In this document: positions 58,671-64,000 of the stretch, piece after piece | How positions within the stretch are numbered: the first letter of the stretch is position 1 | How the letters are laid out: every line of letters begins with the position of its first letter | Assembly (NCBI GenBank): GCA_964016885.1 | Contig: OZ024751.1 | Span: 34,596,001 to 34,660,000, forward strand | Length of the DNA stretch: 64,000 nt | Direction of reading: 5' to 3' | Source of the DNA: Eledone cirrhosa | Lineage: Eukaryota | Notes under the pieces: generated by a model | The model's database searches: none | What the model saw: only the letters and a program-made list of their open reading frames with translations | Told to the model about the DNA's origin: nothing | Program-made: the position numbers and the translations under genes

Positions 58671-58894
58671 ACTGATGTAACTGTTTGTTAATATATATTA
58701 CGTACGTGATGTATACAGTATATATAATTATAGTTCTAGTTACATTGGAACTATAATTTAATATCTAGATATGTTATCTAAACAGTTTAACAGAATCTAA
58801 GGTTTACCATTATATAACCAGACACTTTCTTCGTTGTGCCAACTTTTGCTTTACAAACATATGGTATTGTTATTTATACGATAACTACTATATT

Positions 58895-58896
<2 letters not shown>

Positions 58897-58952
<56 letters not shown>

Positions 58953-59014
58953 GGTGGTGGTGGTGGTGGTGGTGGTGGTGGTGGTGGTGGTGGTGGTGGT
59001 GGTGGTGGTGGTGA

Positions 59015-59057
<43 letters not shown>

Positions 59058-59105
59058 TGTAGTAGTTGTAGTAGTGGTGGTGGTATTAGTAGTAGTAGTA
59101 GTAGT
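58897..59105. repeat. (AGT)n-(GGT)n-(AGT)n compound microsatellite
   Basis: Direct inspection. Confidence 0.95.
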
Positions 59106-59212
59106 GTATATGTTTCTTATTTTTCTCACAATTCTCCTTCTTCGTCGTATTCTACTTCTACTTCATCATCATCATCCTCTCCTTCCTCTTAATATTTTTG
59201 TCATTATCATAA

Positions 59213-59408
59213 GGGCGGTGGATTGGCAGAATCGGTAGACCGTTGGACACCATGCTTCACGGCATAGGGCTATGCCTCTTTACGTTCTCAGTTCAAATCG
59301 CGCCTAGGTTTACTTTGCCTTTCATCCTTACGGGGTCGATAAAATAAGGTACCAGCAATGCACTGGGATCGTCCCTCAAATTGTTGGCCTTGTACCTAAA
59401 TCAGAAAC
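59213..59408 (+). mobile_element. Full-length SINE family 1 variant with 11-bp TSD
   Basis: CATTATCATAA 59202-59212 and CATTATTATAA 59409-59419; extra CGTCCCTCAA segment in 3' part. Confidence 0.88.
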
Positions 59409-59535
59409 CATTATTATAACTATTACATTATACCTTTTTTATCTAAATATTCCCTCCATTTCGTTATTGCTTTTGTTATTGTTTAACCCCAGGTCATCTT
59501 TGAACGAGTAAATCTGTGACCAAAGAAAACCCCTC

Positions 59536-59586
<51 letters not shown>

Positions 59587-59704
59587 GTATTGTGTGTGTA
59601 TGTGTTTGTAAGTGTGCATCCGTGTATCATTTACAAAATCTAAACGGGTTTAGAGAACTCGACGTTTTGTGAAGGTATTCCATGTGTAGTTTTACATAAT
59701 AACA

Positions 59705-59870
59705 TCGTTTACAACTCATTAAAACACGTTTCAAGGTTACTCGAAGCTGATCTTCTCGTCAGGTAAACGTTACGAAATAAAACATGGCTACCTTCAAGGA
59801 ATGTTTTGCCTGACGAAAACTTTAGCCTCGACACATGATGAAACATGTGTAGCGTCGATTTGTAAATCTG
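59705..59870. mobile_element. Heavily decayed fold-back with two opposed hammerhead-like cores
   Basis: Minus: CTGACGA (59756-59762)...GAAA-cgtg-TT; plus: CTGACGA (59810-59816)...GAAA-catg-TG; both with 23-nt core spacing. Confidence 0.45.
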
Positions 59871-60669
59871 GAAATATATAAACATACGCACACATCGATA
59901 CATGCATACACATATGTATGTGTGTGTGTGTGTGTATATATATATACACAGACGAAATAGGTAGAGCGTGAGAGAGAAAGATAGAAATAAAAAAGGATAG
60001 TGACAAAGAGTGAGACAAAAGAAAGAATATGGGGGAGGGGGGGATATTTACACTTTTTACTTTCTATTGATTAATTTATTATTATTGTTAATATTATCAT
60101 TATTATTATTATTATTATTATTATAACCTCATATAAGCAATCTCGTCTTAAATATTTTTCTGTTTTTCGCGCTGTTTGTCATTCTCTGAACAGGTTTTAT
60201 AATTGGATAAAAACTGTCCAACCAGAAAACAGATTACACACCACACAGAATGTAATTCGTAGTGAAACAAAACATGCTTATTTTAAATAGATGTGTTTTC
60301 ATTGACTACTGTCGGTATTTTAGAAGAAAACAGGTGTGTTTAGGCGGGAAACATCTTTCATCCTACCTGCTCATGCGTACAGGCTTCTCAGTTTAGAATT
60401 TGAACATTTAACTAAACATAAGATGCGCTGATATATGTTAGGGTTAATAATGTGTGTACTGCACAGGGACGTCAGTATGTTTATGTACACACACACATAC
60501 ATACATACATACATACATACATACATACATACATACATACATACACATGTATATATGTGTGTATGTGTGAATGTATATATATATACACACACACATACAT
60601 ACATACATACATACATACAAGCATACACATGTATATATGTGTGTATGTGTGAATGTATATATATATATG

Positions 60670-60723
<54 letters not shown>

Positions 60724-60777
60724 TATGTATGTATATATATATATATAAATGTATGCATATATATGTATGTGTGTGTG

Positions 60778-60858
<81 letters not shown>

Positions 60859-63302
60859 GCTTCTTTGTTCAACATTCCACTGTTCAGTTCTTATGCTATA
60901 GGTGTTTTATTCACCACCTTGCGTCCTACACAGAAAGACCGTGACTTAGCAGTAAAGGTGTTTGGCCCTCGATTATAAGGTCGTAAATTTGATTGCCAGA
61001 TGGTGCTGTGCTTTGTTTCCTTGAAGAAGGACCATCTCACAATTAATATGCCTCTTGGATAGGAACTTTCTGAATGTTCCAGACACACATTCCTGTCAGT
61101 GATGACCAAAAGTGAATACCATATTCCATGTCGTAGAGGAAATGTGGGCGAAAGGTCAATAAAATCTCTTTGAAATTAGAATCCTCTACATTCGAGTGAA
61201 ACGTGTTGCATTGTTGGTAAGTTATTTTTTACTATAGTTTGAGTTGATGACGTGATGATGGTGATGGTGATGATGCCGATACCGTTAGTGCTGCTACTGA
61301 TGGTGATGATGATGCAGTTGACAACAATCCAAAATTATATTGGTGTTAGAATGTTTTTAGATAAACTAACTTCGTCTTTATTAAAAGATAGAATAAAAAT
61401 AAAAGAAATCGGTTCGATTCTGCAGTATTGTCCACTTCACACGAGAAGACAATACTGTGACGAGAACAGTCAACAGCCAGTGATATTCTCTGAATCAGCC
61501 AATATTCTTTATGTGGCTCCATCTTCAGGCGCGATGCCTTCATCTCAATTTGACGAAGAAGAAAAAAGTATTTACAAATGTCAGTTCGGAAGATCGAATA
61601 GAAAACTAATAATTATGTGGAGGTATCAGCTAGTTAGTAGCCTGCCATAATCTCAAATATGTTCACTCACTGAAGATATTTATAGTAACATTATTGGAGA
61701 AAACTAAATATAATAGCAAATATAAATTAATAAAAAAATAACGACATTCTATTTTCAAGTGTTTGGTTAGGAAGTGTAATAAAATGACAAATGATGCCGT
61801 GTAATATTTTATCAGAATGGAGAAATATTGATTTGGAATTAAAGAAAAAAATCAGACTTGATAATTATTTTCGCCACAGCAATAAAAATGTTTTATCAGC
61901 TGATATCATATTAAGATTATATTATTTCTTCTTCACCTCGTCCTCTATTTATTTTCGGACGAGACACCAACAAGCAATATTCCATCAGCTTTAATGAATA
62001 GAAAAAAATGTATAGGCGGCAGTGATGGCGTCATAACGTAATGATGGCAGGAAGTAGTATGATGCAGGCGGAAGGATGCTGTGGTGTTGTTGGTGTTGTT
62101 GTTGTTGTTGTTGTTGTTGTTTGGTCTCAGGTCATCAAGCGTTCATCAAACATAATCATTCAAAAGCAATTTCAGTCGTGGTTATGATGATGTTTTTCAA
62201 GTTTGGTTTTTCAAGTACACTATATCTAGGATCATATCAAATACCACTGTTATCCTAACTATGATAGGAGAGAGATTTAGCTGCTATTTCTACATGTAAA
62301 AGTAACTGTACATGATTCTCTCCTTTGCCAGATATCTCTCTCTATAAGAAAGGTTGGGTATTTATATCTGGCACCATTGGAACCAAGCTATTATTCCTCC
62401 ACAGGAAACAGAAACTGGCTCCTGCGTAGAAGGAACCATCAACATTTTTTTCTTTCTAGAAGCAGAGGTAATCAATTGGGAGTAGAAGAATTCAGTGTTG
62501 CCATATTTGTCAAAGACAGCCACCATGTAAAAAATCAGCCTCACCCTTCATTTTAAATTGAATCTGAGAACATGGATGAGAACTTGACGGAAGTGGAAGA
62601 TGTCAGTCGTCAGTTCTCTCAGCCTTCTCAACAAAACAACTTTATTTGCCAACACATATAAAAACTGCCTGTCTTCCCCGTAGAAGGAGATTGGCATGCG
62701 AATAATAATTGAATAAACTAATTAAAATTAAAAACAAGTGAATAAACAAATAAATAATTAACTCCTATGGTCCTCTTCCGCATGAAACTGCATTAGCAAG
62801 ATAGTAGTAGGATTCTAAACCCCATTAACAGATAAGTCTTTACTTTAGTTGATTGCAAATTTTCATCACGTTATGTCCTTTAGCAACGATGCTATAAACA
62901 TCTGAATTAACAAACTCGATTTTTAGATATTTTCGGCTAATTTATTGCAAGATGTTTTCAGTTAACAGAAAAGAAAAAAAATCGAAATGAATCTATTAAG
63001 TCATACATTTGGGAAATGTTTTAAGGGGTTTACTAAAACACTTATTTTGGCTATCGATAGAGAAACAATCTGGCTTTTATCGATAGAATAATCAACTAAG
63101 TACTGTTAAAGAGTTAATACTGTAATAAATCAGCACATCACCTTAGACAGACAATAAACACACGTGTGTAGCTGTTCCTCTTACATTATTGATATAACTA
63201 TAACTCTAAATACAGAACATTGTATGTGTTGGTAGAAGTAGGGTCGAGCTGTGTGTTTGGTTGGAAAGTAGGAGAGAAAATAACAGGGTTAAACAGTTGC
63301 GA

Positions 63303-63505
63303 TGATATCACACCGAGATAACACACACAGAGATATCACATAGACTAGCATAATTGTGAGGGAGTACGAGGGGCGGGGATAAAGAGAGAGATATCAGAGA
63401 GATATCCCACAGAGATATCATACAGACTAGCCTAATTGTGAGAGAGTGGGAGGGGAAATAAAGAGATATCACACAAAGATATCACACAGAGATATCACAC
63501 ACACT
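63303..63505. repeat. Degenerate tandem duplication built on GATATCAC(A/C)CAGA units
   Basis: AGATATCA.A.AGACTAGC.TAATTGTGAG.GAGT occurs twice. Confidence 0.7.
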
Positions 63506-63575
63506 AACGTTCACCTCTTTATTATTGCCTGACTCTTGGAGGAGAAAGAGAGAATGTAAGAGAGAGCTAGCATGT

Positions 63576-63642
<67 letters not shown>

Positions 63643-63673
63643 TATACATATTCATACATACATATAGATATAT

Positions 63674-63765
<92 letters not shown>

Positions 63766-64000
63766 ATATATATATGTATTAATTGTAAGAGTGTGAGAGG
63801 GGGAAAGAAAGAGAGTTATTACACTCACCAACACACACACATACACACACACACACACACACTTGTTATCTGAATTAATACTATTACATAGTTTATATTT
63901 ATCACTTTTTACACACTGTCGTGAATTTATTACATTTATTCCACACATAGTTGCCAAATTTATGTCCATGCAGCCGTTGATATCAGTTTAATATTACACT

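Noticed and set aside
61252-61650. 132-aa ORF in unique sequence
   Set aside because: Begins in a (GAT)n tract, with no recognisable domain or exon boundaries

Overview
AT-rich, microsatellite-saturated eukaryotic non-coding DNA. The SINE, MITE and simple-repeat landscape resembles octopod cephalopod genomes; this is recognition from memory, not a database result. No intact protein-coding gene is supported. Almost all supplied ORFs are translations of (TA)n, (CA)n, (GA)n, trinucleotide or minisatellite arrays, and one short ORF is a decayed LINE reverse-transcriptase fragment. The most striking structure is a set of at least 8-10 sequence-unrelated short elements that mostly sit in or beside (TA)n tracts. 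Many are asymmetric fold-backs (an inverted arm plus a one-sided 45-90 bp tail), and each carries an intact or decayed minimal type I hammerhead ribozyme core (CTGANGA-stem II-GAAA-short stem III-TH). This matches pseudo-LTR relics of Penelope-like retroelements. Four are chained back-to-back at 4198-5898. Also present: tRNA-headed SINEs with readable target-site duplications (including three serial insertions at one site near 51.5 kb), a non-autonomous Helitron with canonical ends, TTAA-type MITE relics, a tRNA-like fold-back, several minisatellites, and a few weak promoter/exon candidates.
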